A DNA stretch of 32,000 nt from Nitrosomonas europaea (lineage in GTDB: Bacteria; Pseudomonadota; Gammaproteobacteria; Burkholderiales; Nitrosomonadaceae), in NCBI RefSeq assembly GCF_900167395.1, contig NZ_FUWK01000021.1, forward strand, positions 1-32,000, given 5' to 3'. Below are positions 1 through 6,192 of the stretch, piece after piece (the stretch's first letter is position 1; every line of letters starts with the position of its first letter). A model generated the notes under the pieces. The model ran no database searches, was not told the DNA's origin, and saw nothing but the letters and a program-made list of their open reading frames with translations. A program made the translations under genes and the position numbers.

Positions 1-1630
1 ATCGGTCAACCCAGACAGATGACAGTGGTTCGTTTCCGAAAGATGCTCCCCAGTCTGGCTCCGGTAAATTCTTGAGTTCATCCAGTGAAAGGCTTGTGCC
101 AGATCGGGAAACAGGGCCGTTACCACGCACAAAGTAATCATAAAGAGTAGAAGAATAGCCAAGCGTCAATTTGTGGTCGACAGCAAAGGTTGAGAAGCGA
201 GTATCCAGGTAAATATATCCTCCATAATTTTCATGCTTTTCCCAGGGTGAGTTTGATATTCTGACGGGAATAAAGGTCCTGTCCACCTGCTGATTTAAAG
301 ATATTTGATTGACTCTCATCCGGGTATCCTGATAGAAAAAAGCACTTCTGAGCGTAAAATACTTACTGGGATCCCAGCGCAGGCTGGTATAGGCTTTATG
401 GCTTTCTATATCATTAGAAGTCCATTTGGGAGAGTAGCGTTTACTGGTATCGATAGAGATTCTTTCCGTCATATAATAAAATGGTTGTATCGCCTCTTTG
501 CTGTAATCGTTATAGGTATATTTGATATCCACATAGAGGGTATCGGTAAGGTGGCCATCCAGCACAATGTTGGCCACTTTCTGGTTGACTGGTTCACCGA
601 TAGCGGTATCTCCGCCCTGATAGAGCAGATTGGCCCGGTAACCGAAGCGGCCTCGTTCATCAAATTTTCCGCTGATATCAGCATGGCCATAAAACTGGGT
701 GCCGCCGTAATTACCGAATGTCAGCCTTCTGAGTGGAACATTGGTCGGGCTTTTGGTGACATAATTTATCGCCCCCCCTACTCTTCCACCGCCATAGAGA
801 AAACCTGAAGTTCCGCTGAGAATTTCAACCCGATCGATTTCGATTACTGACACAGCAGAACCATTTACGCCAGCCATAGGTATACCATCATAAATAGGAT
901 TAAGTGTTGGAAAACCCCGTATGGTGACATGAGGTGTACCAGTAAAATTTTGGATCATTGGTTCCTGAGTCAGGGGATTCATTTTGAAGATCTGCCCCAT
1001 ATTCTGAGCGTTGACATTCTCGATCAGGTCTGAAGGAACGATACTCATCGAATAGGGCGTATCACGCAAACTACGTTCTCCCCAAAGACCAATACCGCTG
1101 ATATTACTAACCCGATAACCTTCTTCTGCTGTGCCTTGTTTCAGTGAAGCTGTGCTGACTGTCAATGGTGGCAACGTTACCGGTCCACCCGCGGCTGCTA
1201 TCCGGTGCAATGAATAACCACCATTACCTGCCTCCACCAGTTCATAACCACTGCCGGCCAGCAAGCGTGAAAATCCTGCACGGACGGTGTAGCGGCCTTG
1301 CAATCCTTTTCTGCTCAGTCCCGACAGCATTTGTGGATCGAAGGATAGCGGCACACCAGATGCAGCGGCGAATTGCGCCAGTGCATCGCCGAGCTGGCTG
1401 GCAGGAATGGCATAGTCCCGTTGAGCTGTGTTATCGAGGGCTTCAGCAGCCATGACAGAATTCGGTATGACTACTGCACCAGTGAGACTGGCCAGGATGC
1501 AAGTGATCATAAATGCAAGTGCATTGGTTTTGAGAATCGATAGGATGGTGCGGCAGAAATGAATGAGGGAAGAGAATGCAAACCCTGCAGTGCAGGCTGA
1601 TTGCCCGAGGTGGAAACGCCTGAAGACCAT
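1..1630 (-). CDS. TonB-dependent siderophore receptor/transducer with N-terminal STN signalling domain (paralog 1). The C-terminal end runs off the window start.
   Basis: Absent from the ORF track because no stop codon lies in the window. Hand translation of the minus strand from ATG 1630..1628 stays open to base 1 in one frame. It gives MVFRRFHLGQ...LTGAVVIPNSVMA/AEA (signal-like), then the STN-like DYAIPASQLGDALAQFAAASGVPLSFDP...GGYSLHR. The plug and barrel are then colinear with the 820-aa receptor at 6193..8655 (GIGLWGERSLRDTPYSMSIVPSDLIEN, WEKHENYGGYIYLDTRFSTFAVDHKLTLGYSS). Confidence 0.85.
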   Translation of the reverse strand, partial: MVFRRFHLGQSACTAGFAFSSLIHFCRTILSILKTNALAFMITCILASLTGAVVIPNSVMAAEALDNTAQRDYAIPASQLGDALAQFAAASGVPLSFDPQMLSGLSRKGLQGRYTVRAGFSRLLAGSGYELVEAGNGGYSLHRIAAAGGPVTLPPLTVSTASLKQGTAEEGYRVSNISGIGLWGERSLRDTPYSMSIVPSDLIENVNAQNMGQIFKMNPLTQEPMIQNFTGTPHVTIRGFPTLNPIYDGIPMAGVNGSAVSVIEIDRVEILSGTSGFLYGGGRVGGAINYVTKSPTNVPLRRLTFGNYGGTQFYGHADISGKFDERGRFGYRANLLYQGGDTAIGEPVNQKVANIVLDGHLTDTLYVDIKYTYNDYSKEAIQPFYYMTERISIDTSKRYSPKWTSNDIESHKAYTSLRWDPSKYFTLRSAFFYQDTRMRVNQISLNQQVDRTFIPVRISNSPWEKHENYGGYIYLDTRFSTFAVDHKLTLGYSSTLYDYFVRGNGPVSRSGTSLSLDELKNLPEPDWGASFGNEPLSSVWVDR

Positions 1631-1775
1631 AATTCGTGACCCTTTCGTTAGTGTTGATCAAGTAGTTGAAGCGCGTTCAAAACACGCTTTCACCTGATAC
1701 ACCGGATGAACACGAAAAAGGTATCAGCCGAATCGCAGATTTTTTGCGGTTGAAGTATATGCGGCCTGTATCCCC

Positions 1776-2207
1776 TTATTTGAGGTATGAGGTACTCCAG
1801 GGATTAACCAGATCGATCCCGCAATCGACAAAATCCTTGAGGTTACGTGTAGCCAGGCTGGCACCCTTGGATTTAGCCATAGCAGCAATCATGGCATCGA
1901 ACTGACTGATCGGCTTACCGACGGCCTTACGGGATGCTGCAATTTTGGCGTAGGTATCGGCAGCCGTGCTATCGAAATTCAGAACATGTCCGGCCAGATC
2001 TTGATCGAAAATGCTCTGAATGGCATCCAGCAGAGCTGTCTGACGTTGGCCATCAGGTAGTAGACGCACACCGTAGAACAGTTCAGCTCGTGTAACCGTA
2101 GTAGTGAATAGCACTGACCGTGGCTGGGCCGCCAGCCATACCAGTACCTGTGTATCTGGTACAGGGCGCAAAATCTCGGAAAGTACATTGGTATCCAGAA
2201 CGATCAT
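1776..2207 (-). CDS. vapC: PIN-domain toxin, VapC/FitB family
   Basis: 143-aa ORF starting MIVLDTNVLSE (PIN acidic residue), with internal FDAMIAAMA and TRNLKDF motifs typical of VapC. It overlaps the upstream antitoxin gene by 4 nt (ATGA). Confidence 0.9.
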   Translation of the reverse strand: MIVLDTNVLSEILRPVPDTQVLVWLAAQPRSVLFTTTVTRAELFYGVRLLPDGQRQTALLDAIQSIFDQDLAGHVLNFDSTAADTYAKIAASRKAVGKPISQFDAMIAAMAKSKGASLATRNLKDFVDCGIDLVNPWSTSYLK

Positions 2208-2452
2208 GCTCCCGGCTCCAAAGGATCACGAATAGCTTCCCGTTCAGGCAGATTCAGCTCGATCCCGCCCAATGGCTCTATACGTGAACGAATTACTTCC
2301 ACCAGCGAGACAGTCTGCACTGGTTCAGCAGATAACGCTGTACGCAAAATATCCTGTACTTCATCTTCCATGGAACGTCCATGCATAGCAGCACGCACAC
2401 GCAGCCGGGCCTTGAGTTGCTCATCGATGTTGCGAATAGTCATAGTCGCCAT
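2204..2452 (-). CDS. vapB: Ribbon-helix-helix (Arc/FitA-type) VapB antitoxin
   Basis: 82-aa ORF MATMTIRNIDEQLKARLRVRAAMHGRSMEDEVQDILRTAL, typical of FitA/Arc-type antitoxins. AGGAG lies upstream of the ATG (plus-strand ctcct at 2459..2463). It is translationally coupled to vapC. Confidence 0.8.
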   Translation of the reverse strand: MATMTIRNIDEQLKARLRVRAAMHGRSMEDEVQDILRTALSAEPVQTVSLVEVIRSRIEPLGGIELNLPEREAIRDPLEPGA

Positions 2453-2513
2453 ATCAATCTCCTGTTAATCAATGGCTTGACGGTCATTAGCTGGTGTTAA
2501 AACAACCAACCAT

Positions 2514-2530
2514 TGTACATGCATCGTACA
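2514..2530. promoter_or_regulatory. Candidate operator palindrome in the vapBC promoter region
   Basis: TGTAC-ATGCATC-GTACA dyad about 60 nt upstream of the vapB start, in the divergent spacer between the two antitoxin genes. Confidence 0.3.
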
Positions 2531-2558
2531 TCAGAAATCCTTGTCTGCTTTCCGGGAA

Positions 2559-2585
2559 ATCAACGAACCCGCACCGTAATTCACC
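2559..2585 (-). pseudogene. Short remnant of a fecR 3' terminus (last about 8 codons plus stop)
   Basis: atcaacgaacccgcaccgtaattcacc matches atcaacgagcctgcaccgtaatccacc at the end of the intact fecR (4409..4435) at 24/27 positions by hand, in the same orientation. The stop codon lies at 2560..2562. Confidence 0.45.
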
Positions 2586-2656
2586 TGAAGATAATGCGAT
2601 TACCGCACGCCACCAGTCAGGAGATCCGGAGCGAATGAATTCATCATCGGCACATT

Positions 2657-2674
2657 TGTAGTAACATAACTACA
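2657..2674. promoter_or_regulatory. Candidate operator for the Phd-type antitoxin
   Basis: Perfect inverted repeat TGTAGT-AACATA-ACTACA, 24 nt upstream of the ATG at 2698. Confidence 0.4.
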
Positions 2675-2697
2675 TTAACTGTTTGTGGAGGTATGCC

Positions 2698-2955
2698 ATG
2701 GCTATTACAACGCTTTCCAGCCGGGAACTCAATCAGGATATCGGACGGGCCAAGCGCGCTGCCCGCAACGGCCCGGTCATCATCACCGACCGGGGTAAGC
2801 CCGTGCATGTGCTGCTGTCTTACGACGAGTACCAGCGCATCATCGGCCAGCAGGAAAACATCGTCGATCAGCTCGGCCTGCCATCGGGCATCGAAGATGT
2901 GGAAGTGGAGTTCCCCCGCTCGCGCGAACTGGCACGGCCTGCGGACTTCACCTGA
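2698..2955 (+). CDS. Phd/YefM-type antitoxin, partner of a PIN toxin
   Basis: MAITTLSSRELNQDIGRAKRAARNGPVIITDRGKPVHVLLSYDEYQRI is a typical Phd/YefM N-terminal domain. GGAGG at 2687..2691 lies 6 nt before ATG 2698; the track start at 2683 is a TTG and less likely. The stop overlaps the ATG of the downstream vapC (TGATG). Confidence 0.85.
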   Translation: MAITTLSSRELNQDIGRAKRAARNGPVIITDRGKPVHVLLSYDEYQRIIGQQENIVDQLGLPSGIEDVEVEFPRSRELARPADFT

Positions 2956-3404
2956 TGCTCCTGCTCGATACCAACGTCATTTCTGAGCTGCTCAAAGTCC
3001 GTGCTGGAAAGGCCGATCCGCACGTGACAACATGGGGCCGGACAGTGCCCGGTGCGAGTCTCTACGTTTCGGTCATCACCGTGCAGGAATTGGAGATCGG
3101 TACCTTGTAGGTCGAACGCCGTGACCCGGCCCAAGGCATTTTGCTTCGCACCTGGCTGGAGGAACATGTACTGTCGAGCTTCGCTGATCGAATCTTGCCG
3201 GTCGATACAGTCGTAGCACGCCGCAGCGCCGCGCTCCACGTACCCAACCCGCGCCCATACCGGGACAGCCTGATCGCCGCCACCGCGCTGGTATATGGCA
3301 TGACTCTGATTACTCGCAACGTAGCTGATTTCGAACCGATGGGTGTCACATTGCTCAACCCATGGACGCCATGCTGGCCGCGAATCAGCGGGCTTGTACC
3401 GTAA
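2955..3404 (+). pseudogene. vapC: vapC PIN-domain toxin gene interrupted by an in-frame TAG
   Basis: From ATG 2955 the frame reads MLLLDTNVISELLKVRAGKADPHVTTWGRTVPGASLYVSVITVQELEIGTL, then TAG at 3108..3110. It continues in the same frame as VERRDPAQGILLRTWLEEHVLSSFADRILPVDTVVARRSAALHVPNPRPYRDSLIAATALVYGMTLITRNVADFEPMGVTLLNPW. Only the distal part appears in the track (3141..3404). Confidence 0.8.
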
Positions 3405-3622
3405 TCCACCGGGAAATGGTACGACTGATGTGTATCGGCAAGGTCGTTTCCAGCAAACTCAGGCTGGCGGGTATGTCAGTCACCGGGAAAGCACCGGAGA
3501 CGGCCAGACTGGCAACAGAAGGATCGCAACGCAGAACACCACGGTAATAGCGGTTCAGTTCGGCGATCAGCTCACCGAGATGCATATCACGAGCCAGCAG
3601 CATGCCATGCTCCCACAGCGTA
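3378..3622 (-). pseudogene. Duplicated 3' fragment of fecR (C-terminal about 72 codons plus stop)
   Basis: Track ORF 3385..3603 (MLLARDMHLGELIAELNRYYRGVLRCDPSVASLAVSGAFPVTDIPASLSLLETTLPIHISRTISRWITVQAR) is colinear with the C-terminus of the intact FecR at 4410..5378. Nucleotide homology runs from about 3378 to 3622 against about 4404 to 4648. There is no N-terminal part. Confidence 0.85.
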
Positions 3623-3633
3623 GTGTCTTAGAT

Positions 3634-3963
3634 TTAGTACGCTAATTGTTCCAGGGTGATACCCATCGCCGCCGCGGCTTTCTCAAGCGTTGCCTTGCGC
3701 GGACGCTTGGCAGCCTCAATCTGTGCATAGCCTGCTTGCGTGATCTCCATGCGTTTAGCCATTTCTTCCTGGGTCAGCATCAGGTATTCACGCCAGGCTT
3801 GCAGCATACTCATTCCATTGATAGCTTTACTGACGACAGCGTGTGGCGCACCATCTTTAGGCACGTATACTTGGGAATGCACAAAATCAGCGTAGGGAAT
3901 AACGACAAAGGCAGGCCGTCCATCTACATCATTGATAGTTTGATAGTTAGTAAGTGGTCTCAT
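3634..3963 (-). CDS. HTH (XRE-type) antitoxin, in a HigA-like position downstream of its toxin
   Basis: MRPLTNYQTINDVDGRPAFVVIPYADF..., followed by a helix-turn-helix segment LTQEEMAKRMEITQAGYAQIEAAKRPRKATLEKAAAAMGITLEQL. The ATG at 3963 overlaps the 3' end of the toxin gene; the longer track ORF start (4017) lies inside the toxin gene. Confidence 0.75.
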   Translation of the reverse strand: MRPLTNYQTINDVDGRPAFVVIPYADFVHSQVYVPKDGAPHAVVSKAINGMSMLQAWREYLMLTQEEMAKRMEITQAGYAQIEAAKRPRKATLEKAAAAMGITLEQLAY

Positions 3964-4204
3964 CGCGCTTTTTAACTTCCTGAATATTAATGATATGGAT
4001 TTCTCCATCGAAATCAAAGAAAACTCTATAGTCCCCCGCTCGCAAACGGTAGGGATACCGGTGATTTGTCAGTTTCTTGATACTGTTACAATCAGGAAAT
4101 ACTGACAATTTTTCTTCAACAGTATCCCGGATAACTTGCGCCGTTTGCCTTGGCAATTTCAGCACCTGCTTAATCGCTTTTGTTTTCCAGATGATTCTGT
4201 TCAT
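3947..4204 (-). CDS. RelE/ParE-superfamily toxin, with toxin-first (HigB-like) gene order
   Basis: 85-aa ORF with YRLRAGDYRVFFDFDGEIHIINIQEVKKRDETTY, the characteristic RelE/ParE C-terminal core. It sits immediately upstream of an HTH antitoxin. Confidence 0.8.
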   Translation of the reverse strand: MNRIIWKTKAIKQVLKLPRQTAQVIRDTVEEKLSVFPDCNSIKKLTNHRYPYRLRAGDYRVFFDFDGEIHIINIQEVKKRDETTY

Positions 4205-4210
4205 CTGCTT

Positions 4211-4238
4211 ATTATAAGAATAATATAAGCAATATCAA
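4211..4238 (-). promoter_or_regulatory. Sigma70-like promoter of the relE/HTH module, nearly leaderless
   Basis: On the minus strand: TTGATA (4238..4233), a 16-nt spacer, TATAAT (4216..4211), then only 6 nt to ATG 4204. The surrounding TATAAG repeats may be operator half-sites. Confidence 0.45.
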
Positions 4239-4320
4239 TATAGATATAAGAATTGACCCGTTCCGAAAACTATGCCTTGGCGGTCTGCATTTGCCAGCTT
4301 TGCATGGCTAACCTCCAAAC

Positions 4321-4347
4321 TATAAAAGTCAGACTAGATAAGTCTGA
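4321..4347 (-). terminator. Rho-independent terminator candidate downstream of fecR (pair 1)
   Basis: Minus strand TCAGACT-TATCT-AGTCTGA (7-bp perfect stem, 4347..4329) followed by CTTTTATAGTTT. Confidence 0.5.
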
Positions 4348-4409
4348 GTTCTATCCAAGAGCGATGTCCATGTCCATACGGGCATGAATGCCGACCCCCA
4401 ACCAGCGGA

Positions 4410-5378
4410 TCAACGAGCCTGCACCGTAATCCACCAGGAAGTGGTGCTGCTGATGCGTATCGGCAGAGTCGTTTCCAGCAGCGCCAGACTGGCGGGTATG
4501 TCAGTCACCGGGAAAGCACCGGAGATGGCCAGACTGGCAACAGAGGGATCGCAACGCAGAACACCACGGTGATAGCGGTTCAGTTCGGCGATCAGCTCAC
4601 CGAGATGCATGTCACGAGCCAGCAGCATGCCATGCTCCCACAGCGTGGTACTGGCTTCCACGGGTCGTACGGGCTGCATGTCGAGTCCGGTAAAGGTCAT
4701 CTGCTCACCTGCACGCAGAACAGTTGTTTGAATGGATACAGCCGGATGAACTTCGACAGCCCCCTCAAGCACAGCGACCTGAGTGCGGTCATCGAAATGG
4801 CGCACGGTGAAGCGCGTACCCAGTGCGCGCAAGCTGCCATGAGCGGTCTGCACGATGAAGGGGCGCGATACAGGAGACGGATCACGCCCGGTAGTCACAA
4901 GGATCTCTCCAGCCAGTAATATAAGACGCCGTTCAGCAGTGGTAAAAGCGACATTCGCTGCACTGGTAGTATTGAGCACCAGATGCGTGCCATCATTCAG
5001 ATCGATGAGTTTCTGTTCACCGGTGGCGGTACGCAGATCAGCCACCCATTCCTGCCAGGGGCTGTGTCGCCAGGTGATCCAGGCAGCAGGCATGGCAAGT
5101 GCAAGTAAGCCCAGGCGCAACATCTGCCGACGGCCAGGATTGCCCAGATGCGAAAAGGTATCATGACCCAGTTTTGGTGGTACCTGATCAAAAGTGCTCA
5201 GCATATTTTCAGCACGTCGCCAGGCGGCTTCATGAGCAGGGTTGCGTTCACGCCAATGTGCCAGAGCCATCCGATCGCGCTCCGTCGCTTCGCCGGACTG
5301 GAGCAGTACCAGCCAATCGGCTGCTTCCAGCAGGATAGCTGGATCGATATCGGGCTCGGGGGAATGGAGCACTGTCAT
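4410..5378 (-). CDS. fecR: FecR-type anti-sigma factor / transmembrane sensor (pair 1)
   Basis: 322-aa ORF. The N-terminus has the anti-sigma motif AADWLVLLQSGEATERDRMALAHWRERNPAHEAAW, followed by one TM-like segment and a FecR/DUF4880-DUF4974-like periplasmic part. It starts 7 nt after the fecI stop. Confidence 0.9.
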   Translation of the reverse strand: MTVLHSPEPDIDPAILLEAADWLVLLQSGEATERDRMALAHWRERNPAHEAAWRRAENMLSTFDQVPPKLGHDTFSHLGNPGRRQMLRLGLLALAMPAAWITWRHSPWQEWVADLRTATGEQKLIDLNDGTHLVLNTTSAANVAFTTAERRLILLAGEILVTTGRDPSPVSRPFIVQTAHGSLRALGTRFTVRHFDDRTQVAVLEGAVEVHPAVSIQTTVLRAGEQMTFTGLDMQPVRPVEASTTLWEHGMLLARDMHLGELIAELNRYHRGVLRCDPSVASLAISGAFPVTDIPASLALLETTLPIRISSTTSWWITVQAR

Positions 5379-5385
5379 GAATGAA

Positions 5386-5916
5386 TCAATCCAGCATCAG
5401 GCAAGCGACAAAGGCTGTGCGCATGTGTCGCTTGATCGTAATGAGTGAAAAACCGGTTTGATCAGCGATCTGCCGGTAAGTCAGCCCGTCGAGCTGGGCC
5501 AGCAGGAAAATATCCCGTGTACGTACCGGCAAACCGCGCAACATGGTTTCGATGCGGCACAGCGCTTCCAGGATCAGCAGTCGTGTTTCAGGCGAAGGGA
5601 TTTCTGTCTCTGGCAGGTGGGCAAGTGCTTCCAGGTAAGCACGCTCTACATCCTGTCGCCGCCAGTGGTCGATGACCAGACCCTTGGCAATGTGCGTCAG
5701 CAACGCACGCGGTTCCTCACCCAAATGTACCGGCATCCTTTGTGAAGCCATGACACGCAGAAAAGTATCGTGCGCCAGATCGGCTGCATCACAGGCATTG
5801 CCGAGTTTGCAGCGCAGCCAGCCATACAACCAGCCGTGATGGTCGGTATACAGAACATGGATTCGGTGTGCTGCAAGGTCAGTGGCCGGCACAGCGCCCT
5901 CTTCGTCATCGGTCAT
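5386..5916 (-). CDS. fecI: FecI-type ECF sigma factor (pair 1)
   Basis: The ORF contains LYTDHHGWLYGWLRCKLGNACDAADLAHDTFLRV (region 2) and LDGLTYRQIADQTGFSLITIKRHM (region 4 HTH). The track start 5934 is a TTG. I prefer ATG 5916 (MTDDEE...) because it parallels MTIP/MTIQ in the two paralogs and lies 25 nt from the Fur-like dyad. ATG 5922 is also possible. Confidence 0.85.
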   Translation of the reverse strand: MTDDEEGAVPATDLAAHRIHVLYTDHHGWLYGWLRCKLGNACDAADLAHDTFLRVMASQRMPVHLGEEPRALLTHIAKGLVIDHWRRQDVERAYLEALAHLPETEIPSPETRLLILEALCRIETMLRGLPVRTRDIFLLAQLDGLTYRQIADQTGFSLITIKRHMRTAFVACLMLD

Positions 5917-5940
5917 GCACATGTGCGAACACAAAAATAA

Positions 5941-5959
5941 AATGAGAACGATTCTTATT
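5941..5959. promoter_or_regulatory. Fur-box-like dyad upstream of fecI (pair 1)
   Basis: AATGAGAA-CGA-TTCTTATT is an AT-rich dyad resembling the GATAATGA(T/G)AATCATTATC Fur consensus. A similar dyad stands before fecI pair 2. Confidence 0.45.
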
Positions 5960-6152
5960 TTATAAGGTAAGGTGCCCGACTTGCAAGACTGGTTTTATAT
6001 ATGACCAGACACCCAGTCAGGGCAGCAGACTCGCAAACTTTGCTGATCTGAGGGAACGAATACTGATAGCACAGACAATCGAGGAAATGTTTGATGCGTG
6101 AGTAGTTCGGGAAATGACAGGAGTTTCTGCCGGATTTTGCAGGAAGAAGTCC

Positions 6153-6176
6153 TCCGGGCTCTATTCTGAGCCCGGA
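6153..6176 (-). terminator. Conserved stem-loop just 3' of receptor paralog 2 (terminator candidate without a U-tract)
   Basis: TCCGGGCTC-tattct-GAGCCCGGA, a 9-bp perfect stem 17 nt after the stop. The same hairpin follows paralog 3 (30598..30621). Confidence 0.35.
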
Positions 6177-6192
6177 ATATCAAGCTAAAACG

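Noticed and set aside
305-808. 167-aa plus-strand ORF with a conserved counterpart at 7339..7845 (168 aa)
   Set aside because: Both are antisense to paralogous receptor genes. Their similarity is a by-product of the receptor paralogy, not evidence of coding.
4205-4262. AT-rich stretch with repeated TATAAG that superficially resembles a Fur box
   Set aside because: It fits better as the sigma70 promoter and operator of the relE/HTH module. The match to the Fur consensus is poor.
5995-6183. 62-aa minus-strand ORF between receptor paralog 2 and fecI pair 1
   Set aside because: It covers the conserved 3' hairpin and the spacer. There is no RBS and no similarity to anything I recognise.
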